NCBI GenBank assembly: GCA_964247225.1 | Contig: CAXTTU010000003.1 | Coordinates: 1 to 39,761 of the forward strand | Length of the DNA: 39,761 nt | Direction of reading: 5' to 3' | Source: an uncultured Sphingomonas sp. | GTDB taxonomy: Bacteria; Pseudomonadota; Alphaproteobacteria; Sphingomonadales; Sphingomonadaceae | Part shown: one piece after another, positions 1 to 9,497 of the stretch | Layout of the letters: the number at the start of each line of letters is the position of its first letter | Position numbering within the stretch: the stretch's first letter is position 1 | Translations under genes and position numbers: made by a program | The notes under the pieces: model-generated | Seen by the model: only the letters and a program-made list of their open reading frames with translations | Database searches by the model: none | What the model was told of the DNA's origin: nothing

Positions 1-3000
1 CACCAGCGTGCCGCCGAGCGCGAGCGCGCCCGCCGAGTCGAGCACCAGCGTGCCCGCGGACGACACACCGCCGCTGTCGCTGACCAGCGTCAGCCCGGAT
101 GCGCCGGTGATGCCGCCACCCGTGGAGGTGATGTCCACCCGTCCACCGGCCGCCTGCGTCACGCCCGCCGCGCCCAGCGCCACCGTGCCGCCGCGCACCA
201 GATACGCGCCGCCCGCGCTCACCGCGCCCGGAAGCGAGACGAGCCCGCTCGCGCTGGCCGCGAGATCGCCGCCCGTCGTCGCGCTGCCCAGGTTCAGGTC
301 GCCTGCGCTGGCCGCCAGCACAGCGCCCCCCGTCGAGGCGACGCGGGTCAGCGTCACGGTTGCGCCGTTCACGTTAGCGCTTGCGGCCGTCAGCGTGCCG
401 CCCTTCACCGCCCCCGCCGAGGTCACGCTCACCGCGCCGCCGCCGAGATCGCCGAACGTCACGCCACCCATGCCCGCAAGCTTCACCGCGCCGACGGTGT
501 TGACCGTTCCCCCGAGCGACACGACGCCGCTTGCATTCGCGCCAAAATTGCCCGCGACCGAGGCACTGCCCAGCATCACGTCCCCCGCGCTCGCGGTCAG
601 CGTCGCCGCACCGGTGGAGGTCACATTCGCGAGCTGAACGCCGCCGCCGGTCACCGTCACGGTTCCGCCGGTGACCGTACCGCCGCCGATCGCGCCGCCC
701 GAGGTCAGCATCACCGCCCCGCCGGTCAGGTCGGTGAAGCCCAGCCCGCGCATCCCGGCGACCTGGAGCACGCCGCCCGCCGTCACCGGACCCGCGAAGG
801 TCACCGCGCCGCTCGCGCTCGCGTTGAGGTCGCCCCCTGCCTTGCCGCCGCCGAGCACCAGATCACCCGCGCTCGCCGCCAGCGTCGTGTTGCCCGTCGA
901 GGCGATGCGGGTCAGCGAAACGCTTCCCCCCGTCGCGCCGATGCTCCCGCCCGTCACCGTCCCGCCGCTCAGCGCACCGCCCGACATCAGCGTCACCGCG
1001 CCGCCGGTCAGGTCGGTGAACGTCAGCGACTGCCCGGCTGTCAGTTTCAGCGCCCCGCCCGCCTTGACCGCGCCGGTCAGCGACGCGCCCCCGCTCGCAC
1101 CCGCGGCAAGGTCGGTCCCCACCGTCGCGCCGCCCAGCTTCAGGTCGCCCGCGCTGGCGGTCAGCGTCGCCGCGCCGGTCGCCACGAGATTCGCAAGCTG
1201 AACGCCGCCGCCGGTCACGGTCACGGCTCCGCCCGTCACCGTCCCGCCGACCAGCGCGCCGACCGAACTCAGCGCCACCGTGCCGCCCGTGAGGTCGGTG
1301 AACGTCAGCGTCCGCCCGCCCGTCAGCTTCAGCAGGCCACCCGCGGTGACCGCGCCGGTTGTTGCAATGCCCCCCGTCGCGCTTGCCGTGAGGTCGGTCT
1401 TTACCGACCCGCCGCCGAGCGTCACATCGCCCGCCGTCGCCGCCAGCGTCGCGCTGCCGGTGGAGGACAGGCCGATGAGCGACACGCTCCCGCCGGTCGC
1501 GCCAATGCTCCCACCCGTGAGAGTCTTGCCGGTCAGTGCGCCGACTGAGTTCAACGTCACCGCGCCGCCGGTCAGGTCGGCGAACGTCAGCGACTGCCCG
1601 GCCGACAGCTTCAGCGCCCCGCCCGCCGTGACGGAGCCGGTCAACGACACGCCCCCGCTCGCGCTGGCGGTGAGGTCGGTCGCCACCGTCGCGGTGCCGA
1701 GCGACAGGTCGCCCGCATTGGCGGCCAATGTCGCCCCGCCAGTCGACGACAGGCCGGCGAGCGTCACGCTCGCCCCCGAGACGCCCACCGCGCCGCCGGT
1801 GACCGTGCCGCCGTTGATCGCGCCCTTGGACGAGGCGTTGACGCTTGCGCCGCTCACATCGGTGAAGCTGAGCCCACCCGTCCCGGTCAGCACCGCCGCG
1901 CCGCCCGCCGTCGCCCCGCCCCGCAGCAACAGCGACCCGCTCGCATTCGCATTGAAGTCGCCGCCGACCTTCGCGCCGCCAAGCGTCAGGTCACCCGCGC
2001 TCGCCAGCGTCGCGCCGCCCGTTGACGCGACGCGGGTCAGCGTCACGCTCCCGCCCGTCACACCGACGCTCGCGCCCGTGATCGTGCCCGCGCCGAGCAC
2101 GCCGCCCGAGCTGAGCATGACCGTGGCACCCGTCACATCGCCGAGCGTCAGCGCCTTGGTGCCGGCGAGGTTCACCGCGCCGCTCGCGTTGATCGCGCCG
2201 CCGACACTGGTCGTGCCCGTTGCGTTCAGCGTCACCGCGCCCGCCGTCACCCCGCCGCCGATCGACAGGTCGCCCGCGGTCGCGGACAGGTTGACGAGAT
2301 TGGTCCCGACATTGATCGAGGTCGCGCTGATCGAGCGCGCGGCGAGCGACACCGGCCCGCCGGTCAGCGCACCGAGCCGCACGTCGCCGCCGACCGTCAC
2401 CGCCAAGCCGCCGCCCATTCCCGCCGACAGCGCGATCGCGTCGCCCGCGTTGAGCCCGGTCGCGCTGCCGTTCGGCGCGGTGACGGTGAGCTTGCCCATC
2501 GTGCTGGTCAGGAAGGGCGAGCGGATGTCGTGCGTCGAGGCGACCTGCACGTCGCCTACCGCGGTCAGCCCGCCATTGAGCACCACGTCCGCGGGACTGT
2601 TACCCAATGTCGCCACGCTGGCGGCGCCGCTCGCATTCACCGCGCCCAGCGTCAGCGCCCCCTGCGCGGCGACCGCGACGTTGCCCGCACCGCCGGTGGT
2701 CGTCAGGCTCGCCACGTCGAGCGTGCCGCCCGAGCTGAGCGCAACCGGTCCGGTCGCCATGATCGCGCCGCCGCGAAGGCCCGAGCTGCCCGCGTTGATC
2801 TTCACGTCGCCCGCGGTCAGCGTCGCATAGCTGACGCGCCCACCCGTCAGCGCCGCACTGTTCGCCTGGACCGCACCGGTCGAGAGCGCGCCGCCCCCTG
2901 CATCGAGCGTCGCACTACCCGCCGCAACGGTCACCGCGCCCGTGCTGATTCCGCCCGCGCCGCCAAACAGCACCAGCGGATCGGTGAGCGACAGCGCGCC

Positions 3001-6000
3001 CGTGGTGATCGCCGCATCCGTACGCACGCCGCCATTGACCACCAGCGCGCGCGCGTTGACCGCGCCGAGCGTGATCGCGTTCGCGCCCGCGTTGACCGCG
3101 ACGATCGACTGGCGCGCAACCCCGCCGTTGAGCGTCGAGGCCTTGTCGAGCGACACCGCGCCGCCGGTCGCGCTCAGCGCCAGCGGTGCGTTCCCCTTCC
3201 CCAGCATGTCGGCATTCAGCACCAGGCCGCTCAGCCCGGTCAGTGAGCCGCCCGTGGTCGCCACCGTAATCGCGCTGCCCGCACCCTGCGTGCCGTTCAG
3301 CACCACCGAACGCCCGCTCACCAGGTAATTGCCGCCCGCGGTGACGGGGCCGAGGACCTGCACGTCCCCGGTCGCGGTCAACAGGACGTCGCCGCTTCCG
3401 GTCGCGCCGCTGACCGCGATCGTTCCCGCGTTCACGCGCACCCTGCCGCCGGTCACGCGCGCCAAGGTCGCCGCGCCCGCCGCGGCGGACACGTCCAGGT
3501 CGCCGCCCGCGCTCAACGTCGCGCCGGTTCCGGAAGCCAGACCCGTCACGTCGCCCGTCCGCGCGGTCACCAGCAGCGCGCCCGTCGTGCCGAGATCGGT
3601 CGCTCGCACGCTGTTGCCCGTCACGTTTGCCGACCCGGCGCGCACCGTGCCGCCGAGCACCGCGTCCGCGTCCGACTGGACGGTGAGCGCGCCCGTCAGC
3701 GTCAGCGTGCCGGTCACGGACACATTGCCGCCGACGCTGGTCAGCGACGCCGCGCTCGCATTGCCGCCGCCGAGGCTGAGTGGCCCGGCGGTGGTCGACA
3801 GCACCGCCGCGCCGCCGCCGATCGCGCCCACATTGAGCGTCGTGCCCGAGGCGGTGACGCCGCCCGCGCCCGACAGCGTTCCCACCGACAACGCCCCGCC
3901 GCTGGTGACCGACACGCGGCCTGACGTGCTTGTCACGGAAGCGAGGTTGAGCGGCATGCCCGAGGCGAGCAGCACGTCGCCGTCCGCGCTCGCCGCAGAG
4001 GTGATGTTGAGCGCGCCCGTCGCGGCAAGGTCGATGCCCTGCCCAGCGCCGCCGACCGCCAGCGAACCGACCGTGAGGTCGCCGCCCGTCGCACGCGCGG
4101 TGAACGCGTCACGCAGCGTCAGCGCGCCGAACACCGGCGCCACCGCCGACAGCGCGGTCGCTCCGGTCGCCGGGTCGCTGCCCGCCGCGGTCAGCCCGAC
4201 CAGCGCGCGCGCGTTCACCGCGCCGAGCGTCAGCGTCGCCGCCGGATCGGCGTTGAACACCGCGACGCGCAGCGCCGGTGCGGTGATGCTGCTGTCGGGG
4301 GCAAAGGCGACGCCCGCCGTGCCCGTCGTCTGCAGCCGGATGAACTGCGTCGGGTCGATCGAGGTCGAGGCGAGCCTGACGCCGCTGCCGCCGCTGATAC
4401 CGCCCGTGGTCGCGCTGAGATCGACCGACCCCGCGCTGGTGATGGTCGCGCCCGCGCCGAGCGCGACGGACGCGCCCGTGAGCTGGAGCGAGCCCGCCGA
4501 CACCGTACCGCCCAGCGACGCGACGCCGCCGGCCGTGACCTGGAACAGCCCGCCGACCGTGCCGCCGTTGAACGCGACGTTACCCGGCGCGCTCGCGGTC
4601 AAGTTCCGACCGGCACCCACCGCGTTGCTGAACGAAAGTCCGCCCGTGGCGGCGAGGAGCGTCGCGTCGCGCGCGGCACTTACCCCGCCGAGGCTCACGC
4701 TGCCGCCGTTTACGCCGATATCGGTGCCCGTCGAGGTGACAACCCCCGCGGTGATCGCCCCGCTCGTGCCGAGGGTGACGCTTGCCCCCGTCAGCGCGCC
4801 CGAGAAGATCGTGCCCGTGCTGTTCAGCGTCAGCGCGGCGTTCGCGGCGATGTTGCCGGTCGTCAGGTCGCCCGCGGACGTGGTCAGCGCCACACCGCCG
4901 GCGTTCGCGGAGATGTTGCCGACCGTCAGCGACGATCCGCCCAGCGTCACCGCGCCCGCGTTGATCGCCCCCTGCCAGCTCTGCGCACCCGTCAGCATCG
5001 CGGTTAGCGTTCCGCCGATCGTCGACGCGCCCGTGACGGTGATCGACGTCGGCGGCGTGGTCGCGCCCAGCGTGACATTGCCCGACGTGCCGAACCCGCC
5101 CACGCTCAGCGCGCCCGCGCTATCGATCGCGACGTTCCCGCCCGTGCCCGTCGTGCCGACGAACCCCACCGTCGTGTTGCCCGTACCCGTCAGCGCCACC
5201 GCCCCGCGCGCACGGATCGAAGTGGCGGTGATCGCGCCCGCGCTGTTCAGCGTCACCGACGTGTCGGAGCTGAGCGCCCCGGCGCTGATCCCCGACGCTT
5301 GCAGCGACAGCGGCCCGTTCAGCGTCACGTCGCCGACCGTCAGCGCGGTCGTGCGAACGAGGCCCGAGGTCAGCGACGCGCCCCCCGACGCGCCGAGCAG
5401 ATTGCCCGCGGTGACGGTCCCGAGCGACAAGGCCGAGCCCGCGTCGGCGGTGCGGATCGCCAGATCGGATTGCCGGTTGCCGGTCGCCAGCGTCGATGTC
5501 GGGTCGAACGCGATCGCCGCGCCGGGATCGGTGACGGTGAGCGACAGCGGCCTCCCCCCGACGCCCGCGCTGTCCGACCGGAGCAGGAGATGCGGCGAGC
5601 CGGTGATGCCGCCCGCGCCCGCGGTGATCGCCACCTCGCCCGCCGCCGACTGCGTGACGCCGAACGCGGGCGAGCCAAGCGTCACGCCCGTGCCCGTCAC
5701 CCGGTATGCGCCGCCCGCGGTCACATTGTCCGTGATCCCCGCCACCCCGGCGGCGTTCACGACCACATCGCCCCCCGCGCTCAACCGGTTGGCGCGCACG
5801 TCGCCGATCGTCGAGACGAGCCGCATCGCGTTGGCGCTGCTGGTCACCTGCGGCACGTTCAGGGCTGCGCCGGTGAGCGACACGTCGCCCCTCGCCGTCA
5901 CGCCGGACGCAATCAACAGCGCCCCGCTCGCTGTCGCCGTCACTGCGTCCCCTGCGGAGATCGACGCCGCGCTCAGCCCCGCGCTCGAGCTGAGCGCGAC

Positions 6001-7605
6001 CCCGCCATCCGAGGTGAGCGAGCCCGCGCTGATCCCGTTCGCGTTCAGCACCATCGTCGAATGGGTCTTTACCGCGCCGACGGTCAGCGCCGTCTTCACC
6101 GACAGCCCTTCGCTCTGCGCCGCCGATCCGATCGCGCTCGTCAGCGCGCCCGCGGTGACGTCGCCGAGCGACACGGTGCCTGCCTGGTCGTGCAGGGTGA
6201 TCGCGAGCGTCGCCTGCCCGTTATTGCCCGCCAGCAGCCTGGAGCCGCCCGCGAAATTGATGTCGGTCCCGCCCGGCCCCGTGGTGATCAGCGACAGGGT
6301 CCCCGCGCCGCCCGCCGCCGCCGAGGTCAGCGTCAGGTTGGACGCGCCGGTGATCGCGCCGGTGGTCGCCGTCACCGTGACCGCTCTGCCCGCCGTCTGC
6401 GCGACCGAGCCGGGACCGCCGCCCAGCGCCACGCTCGCGCCCGAAACCTGATAATCGGTCGCCGCCGTTACGTTGCCCGTGATGTTTACCGCACCGTTCG
6501 CGCCGATCTGCGCCATCGCCGCCGACTTGAGCGCGCCCGTGGTCGTCAGCTTGACGAAACCGCCCGTGTCCGCGACCGATCCGGCGACGGTGACGGGATT
6601 GAACGGCGTCGGCGGCGTGCCCGCGGACAGGACGATGCCGCTGCCGGACGCGCTGGCGGTTGTCACCGAAGCGTCCACCCGGAGCAACGCGTCGGTCACC
6701 GACGTCTGCGACGCGATCGCGAACAGCGCGTTCTGGCCGCTGACCTGGCCGGAGATCACCGACGTCGTCGACGGCGCGATCGCGGTACCCTTGGTCAGGA
6801 TGACCGACAAGGGGCTGTTCGCGGCGTAGTTGACCGTGACATCGTTCGCCACCACGAACGCGACGTCCTGCCCGGTGGCGGTAAAGCTGCTCTGCCGGCC
6901 GCCGCCCGTCGCCGCGTCCGCGACGATCTCGGGCGCGACCAGCACCAGCCCGCGGTTGCTGCCCTCGACCGAGATGGTCGCGCCCGCGTTGACGTGGATA
7001 CCCTTGGCGCCCGGCAAGGCGGCGAAGTCGAAGCCGACCTTGTCACTGGCTCCAGTCTTCAGGAACTTGTCGCTGTCCACCGCCAGGGTGGTGAGCACCA
7101 GCGAGCCGGTGGCGATGTTCGCGTTGGCCCCGACCACGATGCCGTTCGGGTTGTATACCCACACCGCCACCGTCCGCGACGCATACAGGGTTCCAAGCAG
7201 CTGCGACGACAGCCCCTTGCTGTTCATGTCGATATTGAGCACCGCCGCAGGCGAGTTAGGCAGCACACCCGGAACGCCGCTGCGCTGGTCGTAGAAGTTG
7301 ACCACATCCTTTTCGGGGATGTTGAAGCCGTTCTTCCAGGTGATCACCGAATTTTGCGCGGTCAGCCCGATGTTCAGCGTCGACGATTTCGTCGCCGGGT
7401 TGGTGATGATCGGCGTGATCACCGGCGCGCTCACCCCGGGAATGCCGCTCGGGATCGCCGTGGCCGGATCCGGCAGCGACAGGGCCTGCGCGCCCGCGAC
7501 CCCGGCGAGCGCGACACCGCCCGTCAGCGCGGTGGTCACCGTCATCGCAAGGCGCAAGCGGCGGGCGGGACTGAGCATGGCGGCGTTCCTCCGGGCGCGG
7601 TTCAT
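1..7605 (-). CDS. Large filamentous-hemagglutinin-like TpsA exoprotein (two-partner secretion passenger), partial: C-terminus lies beyond the window edge
   Basis: Not in the ORF track because it has no stop in the window. ATG at 7605 overlaps the TpsB stop (ATGA). Reads MNRARRNAAMLSPARRLRLAMTVTTALTGGVALAGVAGAQA (signal peptide), then a TPS-domain region with ITWKNGFNI and VWVYNPNGIVVG, then G/A/T/V/L-rich beta-helix-type repeats. The frame checked at both ends is the same (2535 codons); interior not checked codon by codon. Confidence 0.88.
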   Translation of the reverse strand, partial: MNRARRNAAMLSPARRLRLAMTVTTALTGGVALAGVAGAQALSLPDPATAIPSGIPGVSAPVITPIITNPATKSSTLNIGLTAQNSVITWKNGFNIPEKDVVNFYDQRSGVPGVLPNSPAAVLNIDMNSKGLSSQLLGTLYASRTVAVWVYNPNGIVVGANANIATGSLVLTTLAVDSDKFLKTGASDKVGFDFAALPGAKGIHVNAGATISVEGSNRGLVLVAPEIVADAATGGGRQSSFTATGQDVAFVVANDVTVNYAANSPLSVILTKGTAIAPSTTSVISGQVSGQNALFAIASQTSVTDALLRVDASVTTASASGSGIVLSAGTPPTPFNPVTVAGSVADTGGFVKLTTTGALKSAAMAQIGANGAVNITGNVTAATDYQVSGASVALGGGPGSVAQTAGRAVTVTATTGAITGASNLTLTSAAAGGAGTLSLITTGPGGTDINFAGGSRLLAGNNGQATLAITLHDQAGTVSLGDVTAGALTSAIGSAAQSEGLSVKTALTVGAVKTHSTMVLNANGISAGSLTSDGGVALSSSAGLSAASISAGDAVTATASGALLIASGVTARGDVSLTGAALNVPQVTSSANAMRLVSTIGDVRANRLSAGGDVVVNAAGVAGITDNVTAGGAYRVTGTGVTLGSPAFGVTQSAAGEVAITAGAGGITGSPHLLLRSDSAGVGGRPLSLTVTDPGAAIAFDPTSTLATGNRQSDLAIRTADAGSALSLGTVTAGNLLGASGGASLTSGLVRTTALTVGDVTLNGPLSLQASGISAGALSSDTSVTLNSAGAITATSIRARGAVALTGTGNTTVGFVGTTGTGGNVAIDSAGALSVGGFGTSGNVTLGATTPPTSITVTGASTIGGTLTAMLTGAQSWQGAINAGAVTLGGSSLTVGNISANAGGVALTTSAGDLTTGNIAANAALTLNSTGTIFSGALTGASVTLGTSGAITAGVVTSTGTDIGVNGGSVSLGGVSAARDATLLAATGGLSFSNAVGAGRNLTASAPGNVAFNGGTVGGLFQVTAGGVASLGGTVSAGSLQLTGASVALGAGATITSAGSVDLSATTGGISGGSGVRLASTSIDPTQFIRLQTTGTAGVAFAPDSSITAPALRVAVFNADPAATLTLGAVNARALVGLTAAGSDPATGATALSAVAPVFGALTLRDAFTARATGGDLTVGSLAVGGAGQGIDLAATGALNITSAASADGDVLLASGMPLNLASVTSTSGRVSVTSGGALSVGTLSGAGGVTASGTTLNVGAIGGGAAVLSTTAGPLSLGGGNASAASLTSVGGNVSVTGTLTLTGALTVQSDADAVLGGTVRAGSANVTGNSVRATDLGTTGALLVTARTGDVTGLASGTGATLSAGGDLDVSAAAGAATLARVTGGRVRVNAGTIAVSGATGSGDVLLTATGDVQVLGPVTAGGNYLVSGRSVVLNGTQGAGSAITVATTGGSLTGLSGLVLNADMLGKGNAPLALSATGGAVSLDKASTLNGGVARQSIVAVNAGANAITLGAVNARALVVNGGVRTDAAITTGALSLTDPLVLFGGAGGISTGAVTVAAGSATLDAGGGALSTGAVQANSAALTGGRVSYATLTAGDVKINAGSSGLRGGAIMATGPVALSSGGTLDVASLTTTGGAGNVAVAAQGALTLGAVNASGAASVATLGNSPADVVLNGGLTAVGDVQVASTHDIRSPFLTSTMGKLTVTAPNGSATGLNAGDAIALSAGMGGGLAVTVGGDVRLGALTGGPVSLAARSISATSINVGTNLVNLSATAGDLSIGGGVTAGAVTLNATGTTSVGGAINASGAVNLAGTKALTLGDVTGATVMLSSGGVLGAGTITGASVGVTGGSVTLTRVASTGGATLASAGDLTLGGAKVGGDFNANASGSLLLRGGATAGGAAVLTGTGGLSFTDVSGASVNASSKGAINGGTVTGGAVGVSGASVTLAGLSSTGGATLAANAGDLSLGTATVATDLTASASGGVSLTGSVTAGGALKLSAGQSLTFADLTGGAVTLNSVGALTGKTLTGGSIGATGGSVSLIGLSSTGSATLAATAGDVTLGGGSVKTDLTASATGGIATTGAVTAGGLLKLTGGRTLTFTDLTGGTVALSSVGALVGGTVTGGAVTVTGGGVQLANLVATGAATLTASAGDLKLGGATVGTDLAAGASGGASLTGAVKAGGALKLTAGQSLTFTDLTGGAVTLMSGGALSGGTVTGGSIGATGGSVSLTRIASTGNTTLAASAGDLVLGGGKAGGDLNASASGAVTFAGPVTAGGVLQVAGMRGLGFTDLTGGAVMLTSGGAIGGGTVTGGTVTVTGGGVQLANVTSTGAATLTASAGDVMLGSASVAGNFGANASGVVSLGGTVNTVGAVKLAGMGGVTFGDLGGGAVSVTSAGAVKGGTLTAASANVNGATVTLTRVASTGGAVLAASAGDLNLGSATTGGDLAASASGLVSLPGAVSAGGAYLVRGGTVALGAAGVTQAAGGRVDITSTGGGITGASGLTLVSDSGGVSSAGTLVLDSAGALALGGTLV
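290..2280 (-). repeat. About 7 degenerate tandem repeats of 282 bp (94 aa) inside TpsA
   Basis: A GTCAGGTCGGTGAA-like anchor recurs at 443, 725, 1007, 1289, 1571, 1853 and 2132 (282-bp steps, last 279). A CAGGTCGCC-like anchor recurs at 295, 577, 859, 1141, 1423, 1705, 1987 and 2266. Confidence 0.85.
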
Positions 7606-9326
7606 CGCGCGGGTCCTCTGAATTGTGCGGTCAACGATAGCAGAATCCGGTTCGACGGGCGCCCCATATCGAGCATCGAAACCTTGTCTTGCGGGTGCGC
7701 GTACAACGCTTCCAGCAGCAATCGGCCGGGCAGCGCGAAGCGGGCGCCGCCGCCGAAGCTGTGATAGGTGCGGTTGTTTTCCACCAGGTTACGGTCGAGA
7801 TTGTTGACGTACGCGATGTCGTAGAAGCCGAATAGCTGCGTCCCGAACAGCCGGGTCAGCGGCAGGTCCGCGCGCAGCTCGCCATGCCCGCCGACCACCC
7901 GGTCGCCGCTCGCCGCGCCCGGATCATAGCCGCGCCCGACGGTAAGGTTGCCGATCGACAGCTCTTCGTAATTGAGCAGCGCGCGGTCCGCCCATTGCCC
8001 CTGCACGCCCGCCATGACGCTGAACACGCGGCCCAATCCGACCGTCGCATCGACCGCCCCGCGCAGCACCAGCGCGCGCGAGTCGCCGTCGACGCGCGAG
8101 GTGAGCACCCCGTCCGCGAATCCGACCTTGCTCGCCCCGAACAGCCCCACGCCCTTGCGCAGGTCGAGCGAGCCGGTCAGCGAAAAGGCGGTCGCACCGT
8201 TGAACCGCACCCGGCGATAGTCGCCGTCGAGCCCCACAAAGAACACGCGCAGCTTGTCGGTGGTGAGCGGCACGGTCGCACCGCCCGAGCCCACCGTCGA
8301 CAGCTGGTTGATGAAGTCGAACCCGGCGCGCGCGCGCACGTTCTTGCGCAGCGAGCGGAGCAGCGGGCGCTGGAGGTCGATCCCCGCGATCAGCGTGTCG
8401 GTCCGGTATTGCAGCGCGCCGAGGTCGGGCCGCGACCAGGCATAGGTGATCCGCGCGCCCAGCGTGGTCCCGTTCGCGTCGAGCCCCGCGACATGCCCCG
8501 CCTGCGCGATGATCTGCTTGTGGAAATCATAGCTCGCCGACGCGCCCACATAGGTGAGGTCGGACAGGCCGGTCAGCCCATACAGCTCGCCGCGCGCATA
8601 CACGCTCTCGCGCCCGAGAAAGCGCGAATTGTAATTCTGCGTGTTGGCGAGCAGCGAGAAACGGCGGAACGCGACCGTCAGCTCGCCGATAACCGTGCCC
8701 TGCTCGGCCCCCGCCGGGCGCAGCGACAGCTGCACCTGCAGGCCGGGCGTGTCGCCCGCGAGCAACAACAGCCGCTCCGCCTCATGCTCGTTCAGCGGGT
8801 CGAGCGCCTTGATCCGCTCGATCCGGTCGCGCAGCAGCTTCTGGTACGGGCCCGCATCGCCGCGCACGCGCACCTCGACGATGCGCGCGGTGACGACCTG
8901 GAGCGTGAGCTCGCCGCCGGTGATCTCCTGCGCGGGGATCTGGACGGAGGCGACATAGCCCGCGCGCTGGAGCGCGGCGTTGGCACGGTCGCGAAGGTCG
9001 CACACCACGCGGATCGACTGGTCACCCCTGGGCGCGGTCAGGGGCGTGAGCAGGTCGGCGATCTCGGGCGCGAGCGCGCTGCCGTCGGGGCGCGTGAACC
9101 GCACCGTGTTGAGCGTCAGCCTGAGCGGCGACTTGTCGAACGGGCAGGCGGGCTGCGCCAGCGCGCCGCGCGAATCGACGCTGGCGGAGGACTCGACCTG
9201 GCGATCAGGCGTCGGCGGCGTGACTTCCTGGCGCGTCGGCAACGAGACCTGCGCCGCCACGGGCCCCGCACCCGCCAGCGCCGCGGCCGCCGTCACCGGC
9301 CACCATCCCCGCCCCCGTCCAATCAT
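7602..9326 (-). CDS. ShlB/FhaC/HecB family TpsB outer-membrane secretion/activation protein
   Basis: Signal peptide (…AGAGPVAAQ), POTRA-like AGYVASVQIPAQEITGGELTLQVV, the conserved VGRGYD loop motif and a C-terminal beta-strand ending LTAQF. ATG 9326 chosen for the upstream AGGGG RBS; the track ORF starts at 9350. Confidence 0.92.
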   Translation of the reverse strand: MIGRGRGWWPVTAAAALAGAGPVAAQVSLPTRQEVTPPTPDRQVESSASVDSRGALAQPACPFDKSPLRLTLNTVRFTRPDGSALAPEIADLLTPLTAPRGDQSIRVVCDLRDRANAALQRAGYVASVQIPAQEITGGELTLQVVTARIVEVRVRGDAGPYQKLLRDRIERIKALDPLNEHEAERLLLLAGDTPGLQVQLSLRPAGAEQGTVIGELTVAFRRFSLLANTQNYNSRFLGRESVYARGELYGLTGLSDLTYVGASASYDFHKQIIAQAGHVAGLDANGTTLGARITYAWSRPDLGALQYRTDTLIAGIDLQRPLLRSLRKNVRARAGFDFINQLSTVGSGGATVPLTTDKLRVFFVGLDGDYRRVRFNGATAFSLTGSLDLRKGVGLFGASKVGFADGVLTSRVDGDSRALVLRGAVDATVGLGRVFSVMAGVQGQWADRALLNYEELSIGNLTVGRGYDPGAASGDRVVGGHGELRADLPLTRLFGTQLFGFYDIAYVNNLDRNLVENNRTYHSFGGGARFALPGRLLLEALYAHPQDKVSMLDMGRPSNRILLSLTAQFRGPAR

Positions 9327-9497
9327 CCGCTCACCCCTGTTGCGCGCCAACTCCTACCGAAAAACCACTCACCTTCAACCGGTAAAGCGGAACCTTTCCG
9401 AAGGCCCGAGTTCGCGCATGGGACAGGCGAGCCGCCCGAGCGCCCTTGCGCCACACCGGGTTGGCGTCGCCTCCGGCCCGCCCCTACATGCCGCCCC

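Noticed and set aside
290-2280. Regular repeats as a possible CRISPR array
   Set aside because: The period is 282 bp, in frame and degenerate, so these are protein repeats; no cas genes are present.
1-7605. TpsA as a CDI toxin
   Set aside because: The C-terminus and any immunity gene are outside the window, so this cannot be supported.
8-7764. Long plus-strand Pro/Ser/Thr/Ala-rich ORFs (including 1040 aa and 821 aa)
   Set aside because: They are antisense shadows of the G/A/T-rich TpsA on the minus strand; high GC suppresses stop codons.
7884-9497. N-terminal half of the 1077-aa track ORF, suggesting a fusion protein
   Set aside because: It overlaps TpsB antisense; the recognisable protein begins at ATG 9498.
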